In this document: positions 1-11,156 of the stretch, one piece after another
Numbering within the stretch: position 1 is the first letter of the stretch
How the letters are laid out: every line of letters starts with the position of its first letter
Source of the DNA: Pirellulales bacterium
GTDB lineage: Bacteria; Planctomycetota; Planctomycetia; Pirellulales; JADZDJ01
NCBI GenBank assembly: GCA_963773875.1
Contig: CAVZCV010000003.1
Coordinates: 69,433 to 133,432, forward strand
Length of the DNA: 64,000 bases
Direction: 5' to 3'
Translations under genes and position numbers: made by a program
Notes under the pieces: model-generated
Told to the model about the DNA's origin: nothing
What the model saw: only the letters and a program-made list of their open reading frames with translations
Database searches by the model: none

Positions 1-630
1 TACTTCACACGCCCACCCTCGGCGCAGACATTGTTGAATCGCATTGAAACGGCCGCTAGCGACACCGATTCTGCCGCAATCCTCGGTGCGGAAGACGAAG
101 TGCAAAGCTTTCTCGAGCGCTTTCCGGACGACGAACATGCGGCCGCCGTCAAACAATATCAGGAAGAAATCAACCTGCAACGCTTGGAACGCCGGTTCCG
201 TTTGCGAACCCACGGGCTGTTGCACGACGAGGCACTGTTGCCGGTCGAGCGCGATTATTTAGAGGCCATGAACTATCTACCGCTCGATCCGCAGCGAACG
301 ATCGATCGTCTGCAAGCGCTTGTGAACCTCTATGGTTCCGCGAGCAAACCATCCGAACGAACCGCCGAGTGTGTTGAGCTGGCCAGACGCCAACTCAAAC
401 AGGTCAGTGCACAATTGGCAAAAGTACTTCCGCAGTACATGCAGTTGATCAACGTCAATCTGCGAAAAGCAGATCAACTGCGAACGACCGCGCCGCAACA
501 GGCGAAGGAGATTTGGCAAAGCATCATTACGCTGTATGGCGATAAGCCTTGGGCGGCCCAGCAAGTGGCGCAGGCCAAGGCGGCAATCGCTTTGATCGAT
601 CGAACCGAAACCGCGGACGGAAGCAAATGA
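1..630 (+). CDS. Hypothetical protein, C-terminal fragment; the frame is open from base 1, so the N-terminus lies outside the window
   Basis: Frame +1 is open from position 1 to the stop at 628-630, which overlaps the hemB ATG (ATGA). The product is Q/E/R/L-rich and probably helical. I recognise no domain. Confidence 0.5.
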   Translation, partial: YFTRPPSAQTLLNRIETAASDTDSAAILGAEDEVQSFLERFPDDEHAAAVKQYQEEINLQRLERRFRLRTHGLLHDEALLPVERDYLEAMNYLPLDPQRTIDRLQALVNLYGSASKPSERTAECVELARRQLKQVSAQLAKVLPQYMQLINVNLRKADQLRTTAPQQAKEIWQSIITLYGDKPWAAQQVAQAKAAIALIDRTETADGSK

Positions 631-1622
631 CGCCAGAGTTTCCCACTACTCGGATGCGCCGCTTGCGTTATCACCCGCTCGTGCGCGAGCTGGTTCGCGA
701 GGTGCGATTAGCGCCGCAGAATTTCGTGCTACCACTATTTGTGCGCGCTGGCCGGAACATCAAGCAGGAAATTGGTTCCATGCCGGGGCACTTTCAATGG
801 TCGCCGGACCGCCTGGTAGCGGAGCATTCATCCATCGCCGATCTCGGTTTGGGCGGTGTGCTGTTGTTCGGCATTCCCGAAAAGAAGGATTCCATCGGGA
901 GCGATTCGTACAGCGACGACGGCATTGTGCAACAAGCCGTTCACGCGCTGAAGAAGAGCACGCCGAATTTGCTTGTAATCACCGACGTTTGTTTCTGCGA
1001 ATACACCGATCACGGACACTGCGGTGTGCTCAACGAAAAAACTGGACGGACCGATGTCGATAACGACGCCACGCTCGAGCTGCTCGCCAAACAAGCGCTG
1101 AGCCACGCCAAGGCCGGCGCCGATATTGTCGCGCCCAGCGGCATGATGGATGGCATGATCGGCGCAATCCGTCGCGGCCTCGATCAGGCCGGCTTCACGC
1201 ATCTGCCAATCATGAGTTATGCCGCGAAATACGCCAGCGCGTTTTATGGCCCGTTTCGCGATGCAGCCGAAAGTACACCGCAAAGTGGCAACCGGCGTGG
1301 ATATCAAATGGATCTCTCGGCGTCCGTCGGTCAGGCGCTACGTGAAGTCGAACTCGACTTGGCGGAAGGCGCCGATTTGGTGATGGTCAAGCCGGCGCTC
1401 GCCTATCTCGACGTAATTTCCGCCGTCCGCGACCGGTTCCCCGGCGTCCCACTCGCGGCTTACAATGTGTCGGGCGAGTTCAGCATGGCCAAGGCGGCGG
1501 CGAAAAATGGTTGGCTCGATGAGCGGGCGGTCGCACTCGAAATGCTGACGGCTATTCGCCGCGCCGGTGCGTCGATCATCATCACGTACTGGGCAAAAGA
1601 AGCGGCGGCGTGGATCCGCTAA
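627..1622 (+). CDS. hemB: Porphobilinogen synthase (delta-aminolevulinic acid dehydratase)
   Basis: Has the N-terminal '[17 protein letters not shown]' motif and the metal-site '[13 protein letters not shown]'. Also 'VAPSGMMDG' and the active-site Lys region 'MVKPA'. Length is ~330 aa. The ATG at 627 overlaps the upstream stop. Confidence 0.92.
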   Translation: MTPEFPTTRMRRLRYHPLVRELVREVRLAPQNFVLPLFVRAGRNIKQEIGSMPGHFQWSPDRLVAEHSSIADLGLGGVLLFGIPEKKDSIGSDSYSDDGIVQQAVHALKKSTPNLLVITDVCFCEYTDHGHCGVLNEKTGRTDVDNDATLELLAKQALSHAKAGADIVAPSGMMDGMIGAIRRGLDQAGFTHLPIMSYAAKYASAFYGPFRDAAESTPQSGNRRGYQMDLSASVGQALREVELDLAEGADLVMVKPALAYLDVISAVRDRFPGVPLAAYNVSGEFSMAKAAAKNGWLDERAVALEMLTAIRRAGASIIITYWAKEAAAWIR

Positions 1623-1702
1623 CAGCAATTGCAAAGTGCAAGGTGCAAAATGACACTTGGCATCTCTCCATCGTTCTAAATTCTGCACTTTGCATTTTCG
1701 GT

Positions 1703-3007
1703 ATGTCCCATCAAAAAAGTCACGCCGCTTTCGAACGAGCAAAACAGCTTATGCCAGGCGGCGTGAACAGTCCCGCGCGGGCTTTCGGCGGCGTGGGCGG
1801 GGAGCCAATTTTCTTTAGCCGCGGTGAAGGGCGCACACCTCTTCGATATCGATGGCAATCGCTACATCGACTACGTCGGCTCTTGGGGGCCGATGATTCT
1901 AGGGCATGCGCATCCGAAAGTGAGCGCGGCGCTATCTGCGGCGATTGAGCGTGGCACAAGTTTCGGCGCGCCGACGGAAGCCGAAAGCGAACTTTGCCAA
2001 TTAATTATCGACGCGGTGCCCAGCGTCGAAAAAGCGCGGCTCGTGAATTCCGGCACCGAAGCAACCATGAGCGCCATTCGCTTGGCGCACGGCTTCACCG
2101 GCCGCGACCTAATCATCAAATTCGCCGGCAATTACCATGGCCATGTCGACAGTTTGCTCGTGGCCGCAGGCAGTTCTGCCGCCACGCTCGGAGTGCCAAA
2201 TTCACCGGGCGTCACGGCGGGAACGGCAAAAAATACGCTCGTGCTGCAGTACAACGACGTCACATCGCTGGAAGCCACGTTCCGCGCGCACGGTTCCAAG
2301 ATTGCGGCCGTCATTTTTGAGCCCGTGGTCGGCAACATGGGCGTTGTCGTGCCGATGCCGGATTCTTGCACGCCTTGCAAGAATTGACTCGGTTAAACGG
2401 CGCCTTGCTAATTGCCGATGAAGTGATGACAGGCTTTCGCGTGGCTTATGGCGGCGCGCAATCGCTCTTTAACTTCAAGCCGGATCTGACAACTCTGGGA
2501 AAAATCGTCGGCGGAGGACTGCCTGTCGGAGCTTATGGCGGCAGGGTCGAGATTATGGACAACGTCTTGCCGGCCGGAAAAGTCTTTCAGGCCGGCACGT
2601 TGAGCGGAAATCCGCTCGCGACCGCAGCGGGCATCGCGACGCTGAAGGTGCTACGCGAAGAGAATCCATATCCGCGGCTGGAGCAACTTTCGGCTCGACT
2701 TGCAAAAGGTCTGGATGATGCCGCAGGTGCCGCCGACGTACCGCACACGATAGCTCGAGTTGGCAGCATGATGACGCTCTTTTTTAGCCGCGATCCCGTA
2801 GTCGATTGGCCCTCCGCCAGCCGCTGCGATACCAAAAAGTTCGCGGCCTATTTTTGGAAGTTGATCGAGCGTGGTGTCTATATGCCGTGCAGCCAGTTCG
2901 AAGCACTGTTTGTGTCGACCACGCACAGCGAAGCGGAGATCGATGCAACGATTACCGCTGCCCGCGAGGCGCTTTCTGTTTACGCCCGGCCGTTCATTTC
3001 ACGATGA
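1703..3007 (+). CDS. hemL: Glutamate-1-semialdehyde 2,1-aminomutase, split over three frames as assembled (indels near 1829 and 2360)
   Basis: Starts '[28 protein letters not shown]...RGEG' in frame 2. Continues '[28 protein letters not shown]...VVGNMGVV' in frame 0. Ends '...[22 protein letters not shown]...' in frame 2. The junctions sit at a GGG run (1826-1831) and at CCGG (2358-2361), where GGG is expected. Confidence 0.85.
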
Positions 3008-3015
3008 ACTCGCAC

Positions 3016-6000
3016 TTACGTCGCCGGTCGTGGCTTCGGCGGCGGAAGTTCATTGGTGCGCTGCACAGGCGGAGACGGCTGCGGTTTGGGCGGCGGTTCA
3101 TCGTTCCGCGGGGCTGCGGTCGGCGGCTGCGCTGGTGTCGGTCGATTCGCAGAATTGCTTGGACGAGTCCCTGAATTGGCTTGCGCAATCGGGGTGTTCG
3201 CCAGGCTGGTCATATCGATGTCGCCGTGGATCGACAAATTCCGGCCCGTCAGCGCCACATCGGCGTCTAGTCGATGCAGCCAATCGAGCGCCGGTGCGCG
3301 ATAATCGTTCGGCGCAGATTCAAACAAACTCTCTACGAGCCGCATCCGCTCGGGCGGCAAGGCCCCTGAGGCCCAAATAGGGAACGTGCCGGGCCGCGAA
3401 TCAATTTGGTACGTTCCGCCCAGCGGGCAAACAAATTTGGCACCGGTTAGCCTCTCTGCTTCTTTCATGCAGTCGTTCAGCGGAACGCGCAATTGAACTT
3501 CGAGTTCATGCAGAAAACCGACATTTCCAATCGCGGCATTTTTTGCTGACCGGTAAAACAGACCGTTGATGGTTGAAGCCAGTTTCGATTTGCCAAGATC
3601 GCCGACATGCAGCCAGGCCTGGGCGGGCCGCGGTGCGTCGACGAATCGCAGTTGAGGAGTCACGATTTCAAGCACACGGCGATCCATTGAGGCCGTCGTG
3701 TAATCGGCGCTACGGCGCTGCCATAATCCGGAAGACGAACGTCCGTAGCCGGAAGGATCAAGCTGCACATCGCCGACTCCCAACCAGGAAAAGATCGCCG
3801 GCGTGGGATACGCTCCAAAGTAAAACGGCGGCAACATCGACATGGGCGATAGCGCACTGCCGCCACCGCCAGCCGCTCCAGCCGCGTTCAACAGCGCACC
3901 GCCGAGCGGACCACTCAGCAGTCCGCCGCGACCCGGCGCTGGCGCCGGCGGCGCGCTCCCTTGGGCTGCGCCTGCGTTGACTGCATCTGGCTCCGCATCT
4001 CGCAGCGCGCCGAACAATCGGTACACGCCCTGCGGTTGGGCAAGCCCTTTGGAGGCCAGTAGATTTCCGCTCATCACTGCCTCACCAGAAACGACGTCGC
4101 CCGGCACGGGCGCCAACCGCTGCTTACTAATGGGACCAAGCGCAGAGGCAATTGTTTCGTAATTCTTCGCAGCCATCGGCGTTAGTTGCACATCCAAAAC
4201 AATCCGCTCCTCGCCGGCTGCCTTACCCGGTTCACGGTGGATCGCTGCCAGAATTGGATCGAGCTGTTGCCATTTCGATTGAAACCAACTTGTGAACTCC
4301 TCATCGCGCTTGGCCTCCGCCAAAGTTACCCGATCGAACGCCACGTCCGGCACCGGCGCGAACGAACCACGGGCGCCGCGTAACGAATCGACGAACTCGC
4401 CGGAGGAATTCAATTCCAATCGGCTACCATCGGCGCGGGTTCCAAATCCTTCCGGCAGATACTGCCGTTTAATCAGCGCATCGAGTGAATCTGCAGACTC
4501 TCCATCAGCGCGGGCCGCCAATTGGGCGACCAGCGCCATTTCAATTTCAGCCGTCGAGAGCGATCGCCGCAGCATTTCAGTTTGATAGCGAGGCGATAGC
4601 AAATTGCGGAGAAACTCACTGGAGAGATATGCGAAGATGGTGTCGTTCCGCTCGACCGGCATCAACGATCGGGCATAGCGAAAATCCGGCAATGCACCTA
4701 ACGAAGTTTTGCCGGCGGCTGTTTCCAGGAACCGCTCAATCAACCGGCGTGAATTGGTGACGAAATGAAGATCGCCGTCGACTACATAAAAAGATCGAAC
4801 CCGATTGTCGGGCGTGGAAAGGAAAGAGACCTGATGTCCGGCGATCTCGAGTTTTTCATCGGTCGCGCCGTTTTCGCGCTGCAACGTTTCGCGCGCTGGC
4901 GAAGGAAATCTGAATTCAGTGCAAAGTTGTTGCGCGCATGAAACAGCATGCCCACGGCTGCGCCTTCGCGGAAGAACGTGTCTTCACCGATCATGGCAAC
5001 ATCTGCCACGACCGCGGGACCCAGCAGCGGCGAGAGCACCGATTGCTTCAAAGAAAGCTGCCGCTCCATCCGCGCCGTAATGCCGAAGTCGAGTCCGCGG
5101 CGATTGAACAGATTCTTCAGATCGCCGGCCCAACGATCCAGCGTGTCGTGAAACCACAAGTAGTTGTTGAAATTGCCAAAGCGCACATAAAAACATTCCG
5201 CCGGCACGCGGTTGGCAAGTGGTTCAATCGTGACATTGCCGATCGCTTCCGGAACATTCGTCGTAAAACTGAGCGCTTGAGGCAGCGGCTGATCGGCCAC
5301 TTCTGTTTCGGTGCGCCGCGTCAATGCTTGAATCTGCAATTCGCTTCGCAGGCTATCGGCGCCCAATAGCATGCCGAGTTGCTGATCGAATTGTGCGTCG
5401 CCGGAGTTCGCGCCCGGCAGCTTTGGAGCCCCGCCGCCTGCCATACTCAAGACGCTATCGGCAAGGGTGCGCACAAACGGCGGTGGAATTTGGCTGGCTG
5501 GTGGCAAATTCAAACGCCGCGAAAGCGTGGTGAGCAGGTAATTGTCGACCATGTCGGGATAATCTGTCGGCCGATCGATGCGATTCGCTTGCCGCGTGTA
5601 CTTCACCCACCAATCGTCCAACAGACGTGCTTGGCCGACAGGATCTTTTCGAGGCGTCACAACCGTGGCCACTGCAGTTGGTGCGTAAAGCTGCAATTCC
5701 AATGGGCCATCGCCGCTGAACAGAAAATACACCGTGGCGGTTTGTGGGCGTCCCAGAAACTCGCGAGCCACGGTGCGCAGCGGCTCCGCTTGAAAGGCTT
5801 GGAACATTGCCCGGCCGTTTTTCTCCGTGAGCGTGAACATGCTGTTGCCCATCAGGGCGGGATTAGCGCCCGGCGGCAACTGCACTGTCCATCGACCCAC
5901 GCCGTAGGGCTGTCCGGCAAACGCTTCGACCTCCGCCTCTTGCGGCCGCAATCGCCCTTTGAAAAGCTGCGCATTCACGGAGCCACCGTGGCACACCGAC

Positions 6001-6059
6001 AGCACTGCGAAACCCACAATTACGCATTTCCAATTGCGACCGTGCATGATGTCCTCCAA
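3016..6059 (-). CDS. Large secreted hypothetical protein (~1000 aa) with a Pro/Ala/Gly-rich low-complexity C-terminus. Present as two overlapping ORFs (4782-6059 N-terminal, 3016-4884 C-terminal), probably one gene with an indel near 4880-4940
   Basis: A signal peptide 'WKCVIVGFAVLSVCHGGSVNA' starts the 4782-6059 ORF. The two ORFs overlap by 100 nt in different frames. The C-terminal tail is 'PTPAQPPTAAPRNDEPPPKPQPSPP'. No known domain. Confidence 0.55.
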
Positions 6060-6227
6060 ACGGAATGCGACAACGCGCCAATCGGGCGGGGTGTATGCGT
6101 GCCGCTGACATCAAGTTTATGCCGATGAGTCGGACCTGTCGCGGGGTCGGAAGTGTGAAAACCCGCCTATTTCCTTGATCGTTTGACGCCGAAACTCGTT
6201 CTGAATTGCACCGGCTCGCGAATTTTT

Positions 6228-7001
6228 TCAACGTTGCCCGTTAAATCGGGCTTCATCGAGATGAAAATCGATCACCAGCGGTAGATGATCGCTGGCGCGC
6301 TGCGCCTGCGCCGAATGAACCACCCGCGCATGGCGCACAAAAATTCCACCGCGGGAGAATGCTTTATCGAGCGAGCCCATTGCCAGGTAGGCGGGAAATG
6401 AACGGAAGCGAGAAATTGGACTCGTGATTTGCGCAAAGCCACTCGCTTGTAAATGCCCATGATGCAACCGATTGCGCCAGTCGTTGTAATCGCCAACGAT
6501 CAAAGTGGCTAACTCTTGCGATGCGCGAAACAAATGGTGGTTGAGCAAATGCTCTACTTGCCAACGCCGCTCCGCTTCGGCCAGGCCCAAATGACAGTTC
6601 ACCAGGTGCAAAGATCCTTCCGGTGTTTCAATGACCACCAGTTGCGCACTGCGCGGCTTCTTCGTGTTGAGCCGCAGCGAAATCTGATGCTTGGCGGCAA
6701 ACGGCCAGCGCGAAAGAATTAAATTTCCGTACATTCCTGTTTTGAGATGCACGTTGGGCTGAAACAGCAGCGCCGAGCATTTGAAGTATTCTGCCAGCAG
6801 TTGCGGCTGATCGTGATAATGCGACCGCTGCGAATGCCGGGCAACTTCTTGCAGGCAGAGAATATCGGGATTCTCCGATTCAATGACCTCGATCACGCGT
6901 TCAATCCGGCAACGCCGATCTCGGCCACCGATGCCTTTGTGGATGTTGTAACTCAGAAGACGCATATCAATTTTATGCCGTCGGTCAATGGACCGGGGCA
7001 A
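6228..7001 (-). CDS. Endonuclease/exonuclease/phosphatase (EEP) family protein
   Basis: Has 'MRLLSYNIHKGIG...DILCLQEV' and the C-terminal 'SDHLPLVIDFHL' catalytic motif typical of the EEP fold. Confidence 0.8.
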   Translation of the reverse strand: MPRSIDRRHKIDMRLLSYNIHKGIGGRDRRCRIERVIEVIESENPDILCLQEVARHSQRSHYHDQPQLLAEYFKCSALLFQPNVHLKTGMYGNLILSRWPFAAKHQISLRLNTKKPRSAQLVVIETPEGSLHLVNCHLGLAEAERRWQVEHLLNHHLFRASQELATLIVGDYNDWRNRLHHGHLQASGFAQITSPISRFRSFPAYLAMGSLDKAFSRGGIFVRHARVVHSAQAQRASDHLPLVIDFHLDEARFNGQR

Positions 7002-7013
7002 ACCACATTGAAC

Positions 7014-7619
7014 TCACCAATCGACTGCTACCTTCACCACAGCCTTTCGCACCTCGCCACTGCCGGCCAGTGGCGCATGCGCATCGCCCGGAAAGAATAC
7101 GACGAAGTGGCCTGGCGGCAAGGCAAACCAAAGCTCAGGCTTATCGTCAAAATAGCCAATGTCTTTTGCCTCATCGAATTTGCCCGGTTGTGCGCATGCC
7201 GCGGTTGGCCGCCAGCCGAATTCTTCATTGGCCGTCGGCTTTCCTGGTATTACATATTGTACATCAATGTATTTGCGATGTGCTTCGAGCCGAGCGGCGT
7301 CATGCCCTTTACCAGCGACGTTCTCGACAATCAGTAGCAGCGCATCACCGATCACTTCATGCCGTCCCGGCTTGATCTCATCAAACGGCGTGCTTCGCAA
7401 AAGATCGAAGGCTGCATCAAAACCGGGATGCAACCGTGAATACTGCTGCGCCTCTTCCAATCGAGCCAAAATCATATGCTCCTCATCGCACTCGCCAAGA
7501 ATGTGTCGCTCCGCCCCTTGGTTTTCGATAGCGAACTTACCACCGGGCGAGCCAATTGCCAATCGGTCCGCATACCGCGAGACGGCCGCGAATGGATGAA
7601 GGGGTAAACTCGAGTCCAA
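7014..7619 (-). CDS. YhcH/YjgK/YiaL (DUF386) family protein
   Basis: 201 aa with 'FDDKPELWFALPPGHFVVFFPGDAHAP' at the C-terminus, matching the family's C-terminal signature. Confidence 0.7.
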   Translation of the reverse strand: MDSSLPLHPFAAVSRYADRLAIGSPGGKFAIENQGAERHILGECDEEHMILARLEEAQQYSRLHPGFDAAFDLLRSTPFDEIKPGRHEVIGDALLLIVENVAGKGHDAARLEAHRKYIDVQYVIPGKPTANEEFGWRPTAACAQPGKFDEAKDIGYFDDKPELWFALPPGHFVVFFPGDAHAPLAGSGEVRKAVVKVAVDW

Positions 7620-8874
7620 ACGCGAAATCCGGGGGGGGTGGACGGGATTATCGAAGTTTAGCCGTGAGGCGGAGTCCTACGAAGCCGAGCGGTAACGCCG
7701 CATTCGGCGGGTCAACCGGGGAGCGGCCGAACCGGTGGCTTGATCGCTTGCGACCACGGACCATGGACAATTGACCACCGACCAAAAAATATTTTTCCAG
7801 TGGCCCCAAAAAAGCCCTTGCCAACGGGGCACGCATTGCGTACTGTACATATAGTCCGTTGTGACGGCTGTCTGCAGTGGGCGGGCGAAAGCCGCGGACG
7901 GTTGGTGGTGGTGCCTGGGGCGGGGTGCAGATCCCGCTTGAAGGCGGCCAATCGTCACGCATTTTTTCGCCGGCAGCAGGCAGTCACGGTGATGGTTGGC
8001 GGCATTCAATACCCGCTTCTGGAGGAAGGGGGTGGAGAAAGCCATTGGCTGTTCACCGGTCGCTACGGAGCTCTGCGATTCCAGTGCTCGAGGAGTGCGG
8101 GAGTTTTCCGGAAACTCGCTCCTGACGACAGGCAGACCGCCGGGAAGGCCCGGCCGTGGTTGTGAGGCGAAGGACACGACGCCCACAACGCCTGGCAGTG
8201 TGTGCCCAGCGGAGTGTGTCCCACGGCGGAGTGGGTAGGCAAGTACCGCCTGCTGCTCTCTGTCGGCCCGACCAGCAGTGCCTATGCCTGGCGAAGCGCC
8301 TCTCGAGAGGACCGTCGCCAAGGAGAACACGAGCGCTGCCGGGTCGTGTCAACCCAAATGTCGATCGGCGGTGGTGCCCTCAATGACTGGGTCAGGCAAT
8401 CCCAGCACCGATCGACGGGAGAAAGATGAACCTTGAGCGGTGGTCCACCGCTGTGACTGACAGTCGCCTTGGAGCCGCCGATGGTTTTCACCAGAAGATC
8501 ATCGCGTGGTGTCGGCACTCGTTCAGCACGCGGCGTGACACGCGGACAGCGAAACCCTCCATCGCTACCAGCCCAGCGCTGGCAGCGATCGGTAAATAGC
8601 TTTCCGCACACACCCTTCCAGGCCGCCTTCTCTCCCCAAATCCACAACCAGCACGACCCTTAAGGGCCGACAACGCCGGAACTTTTTTCCAAGTGCGGTT
8701 CCCTCCGCCGCTTGTGCGCAGAGTGCGCGCAGGCGGCGGATTTTATTGAATTCGGACAGCTTCGATGGCGTACTTCGAGTTAACCAGTTGCGATGTAGCA
8801 TTTCGCCGGCAATCGCGCTCTAGCTGGATAAGGGGTGAGAAGTGGAACTCCCAGCAAACGAAAGAGGCAACATC

Positions 8875-9978
8875 ATGAATCGTCGCAAACTCAATTACGG
8901 TCGAAAGTTAGCGTTTCAGCAACTCGAAACACGGGCTCTGATGACCGGCAACGTTTCCGTCGCGGTCCAGAATCACTCGTTGGTTATTACCGGCGACAAC
9001 AAGGACAACTCGATCGAAGTTTTTCAGGTCGGCAGCGGCCAATACAAAATTATCAATACCGACGGCACGACCACAGTCAATCACCAGTCCACCCCGCAAA
9101 TTTTCACGGGCATCACCGGCGATTTCAAAATCGATTTGAAGGGTGGCAACGACGTTTTGAGCATCGACACGGGCAGCGGAGGATTGCCGACCATTTCGAT
9201 CCCGCGGAATTTGAACATCAACCTGAACAATGGCAACGATGTCGTTTACGTTTCGAAAGCCGTGGTTGGCGGTGGACTGTCGATGACCGGCGGCAACGGC
9301 AACCATGTGCTCTACGTGTTCGATTCGACGATCGGCAATTCGAGCGTGAATGCCGGCGCCAACGATCTGAGCTTCAAACTTGGCAGCGGCAATATCGTGG
9401 CGGACGTGTTCAACACAACGATCCAGCGCGATGTGAACGTGAACATGAGCGGCAACGTAATTGTCGACCTGCAAAATGCGAAGATCGGCCGCGATTTAAA
9501 CGAAAAATTCAGTTCGAATCATTCGAAATACACTTTGCTGGAAGTTTTTGGCGGCACGGTCGCTCGCAATGCAACGCTGACCACCGGCGACAGCGCCGAC
9601 AGTATCAGTTTGAATGGTCTGACGGTCGGAAAGAAGCTGCAAATCAAAACCGGCAACGGTGACGACACGGTCGTGCTCGGCGGCTTCGACACCAACCACA
9701 TCGGCACCAGCTTGCCGCCTTTGGCAGTGCACGCCGATCAGGTGCTCGTCGACTTGGGCAATGGCAATGACACGCTCGGCTTCGGCGGCAATGGTAAAGT
9801 GAACGGCGGCGGTCTGGTTGCCAATACCGCAAGCTTCATTGGCGGCGCGGGCACAGATTCCGTGTTTAATCACAGCAATGCACTACTGCCTGGCAGCTAC
9901 AGTGGTTTCGAGTCGATGCCGATGGTAATCAAACCGCTTGATGCTGGGCTGGTCGATAACGTGTTTGAATCAGTTTGA
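8875..9978 (+). CDS. Secreted beta-roll (RTX/hemolysin-type Ca-binding-like) repeat protein with a planctomycete-type N-terminal signal motif
   Basis: An AAGAGG RBS sits 7 nt before the ATG at 8875. The N-terminus 'MNRRKLNYGRKLAFQQLETRALMTG' carries the Planctomycete 'LExRxL' motif. Repeated 'GGNDVL / NGNDVVYV / GNGDDTVVLGG / GNGNDTLGFGGNG' glycine-Asp nonapeptide-like repeats follow. Confidence 0.75.
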   Translation: MNRRKLNYGRKLAFQQLETRALMTGNVSVAVQNHSLVITGDNKDNSIEVFQVGSGQYKIINTDGTTTVNHQSTPQIFTGITGDFKIDLKGGNDVLSIDTGSGGLPTISIPRNLNINLNNGNDVVYVSKAVVGGGLSMTGGNGNHVLYVFDSTIGNSSVNAGANDLSFKLGSGNIVADVFNTTIQRDVNVNMSGNVIVDLQNAKIGRDLNEKFSSNHSKYTLLEVFGGTVARNATLTTGDSADSISLNGLTVGKKLQIKTGNGDDTVVLGGFDTNHIGTSLPPLAVHADQVLVDLGNGNDTLGFGGNGKVNGGGLVANTASFIGGAGTDSVFNHSNALLPGSYSGFESMPMVIKPLDAGLVDNVFESV

Positions 9979-10105
9979 ATGCATAGTTAGTTGGATTCGG
10001 GAGAGCGAGCGACCGCTTTTGACTCGCGGGATATAATCAGCGACTCATCGAGTGCTTATGTTTCCGCGCGGGAAGCGGCGTGATAATTTGTGCGGCCCAC
10101 TGCAC

Positions 10106-11155
10106 ATGAATGAGTTTGAAACGAAATTTGAAAAAGCGTGGTCGGGGTCCGAGTGGCGCGACCTGACGGTGTTGGTTGCCGTATCCGGCGGCCCCGATAG
10201 TGTTGCGCTGTTGCGCGCAATGGCGGCGCTCAAACGCCGCGCGGGCGGGCCTGGCAAATTGATCGTGGCACACTTCAACCATCGCTTGCGGCCCGACTCC
10301 GATGCGGATGCCGCTTTTGTCGCACAATTGGCCGCGCGATTGGAGTTGCCGATCGAGTTTGGCACAGGTCAGGTTGCTGCGCTGGCGGAACTGCGCGGCG
10401 ATGGAATCGAAGCGGCCGCCCGAGATAGTCGCTATGGATTTTTCCAAAATGTGGCGGAGCGGAACGGCGCGCGGTACGTCGCGACCGGCCACACGGCAGA
10501 CGACCAGGTGGAAACAGTATTGTTCAACGTGCTCCGTGGCACCGGCCTCGCCGGACTCGCAGGAATTCCGCGGGCCAGGCCGCTGGGATTGGCAGCATCG
10601 GTCATTCGTCCGCTGCTGACGGTGAGCCGGGCAGAGGTGATTAAGTATCTGGCGGAGATCGACCAGTCGTACCGCATCGATCCCAGCAATTTGACGCGCG
10701 AGTTTGCCCGCAATCGATTGCGAAACGACGTGTTGCCGCGATTGCGAGAGTCGATCGATCAAGATGTGGATCAATCGATTCTGCGCTTGAGTCGTGTCGC
10801 TGCCGACGCGCAGCAATTGATTGAACGATTGGCGGAAGAGTTGCTTGATCAGGTAGCGCCGGCCCCCGTGGTTGCGCCGGGACCTGGACGTCACATGAGT
10901 ATCGATCTTGGTCGGATTAAATCTGCCGATCGCCATTTGGTTCGCGAGATGTTCATCGCGCTGTGGCGCCGGGCCGGCTGGCCGTTGCAAGAGATGGGCT
11001 TTGACCAATGGGATTGGCTCGCTGAATTGGCGCAACGCGAAGCATGCGCGACGGAATCGACAAAGCGGATGTTGCCTGGCGGAATCGTCATCGAGCGGAT
11101 GTCAAATGGCATCATGCGAATCGGAATTGGCCCTTCGGCCGGAGAAGGTGAATGA
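10106..11155 (+). CDS. tilS: tRNA(Ile)-lysidine synthetase
   Basis: 'VLVAVSGGPDSVALL' PP-loop. Also 'HFNHRLR' and 'ATGHTADDQVETVLFNVLRGTG'. The start could be 10058 instead. A TATAAT sits at 10032-10037. Confidence 0.88.
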   Translation: MNEFETKFEKAWSGSEWRDLTVLVAVSGGPDSVALLRAMAALKRRAGGPGKLIVAHFNHRLRPDSDADAAFVAQLAARLELPIEFGTGQVAALAELRGDGIEAAARDSRYGFFQNVAERNGARYVATGHTADDQVETVLFNVLRGTGLAGLAGIPRARPLGLAASVIRPLLTVSRAEVIKYLAEIDQSYRIDPSNLTREFARNRLRNDVLPRLRESIDQDVDQSILRLSRVAADAQQLIERLAEELLDQVAPAPVVAPGPGRHMSIDLGRIKSADRHLVREMFIALWRRAGWPLQEMGFDQWDWLAELAQREACATESTKRMLPGGIVIERMSNGIMRIGIGPSAGEGE

Positions 11156-11156
11156 C

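Noticed and set aside
7626-8000. Possible tmRNA or RNase P RNA (G-run plus 'GGACGGGATTATCGAAG' resembling the tmRNA 5' 'UCGACGGGAUU'; 'GGAGGAAGGGGGTGG' resembling RNase P P4)
   Set aside because: No matching tRNA-like 3' end (T-arm GGTTCGANTCC plus acceptor pairing with G3:U wobble) could be found at the right distance. No alanine-ending tag ORF is present. RNase P 3' P4 strand (ACAGAANCCGGCUUA) is absent. The matches are partial.
7648-8801. Numerous 60-217 aa ORFs on both strands in the 7620-8874 spacer (e.g. 7677-8330(-), 7740-8165(+))
   Set aside because: They are mutually overlapping, have Arg/Pro/Ser/Gly-dominated composition typical of non-coding high-GC DNA, show no domain similarity and lack RBS.
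8835-9662. 275-aa Arg/Gln-rich ORF (+) overlapping the beta-roll gene in another frame, and 8908-9474(-) antisense ORF
   Set aside because: These are alternative-frame artefacts of the repetitive GGC/AAC-rich repeat gene. The genuine frame has an RBS, signal peptide and repeat periodicity.
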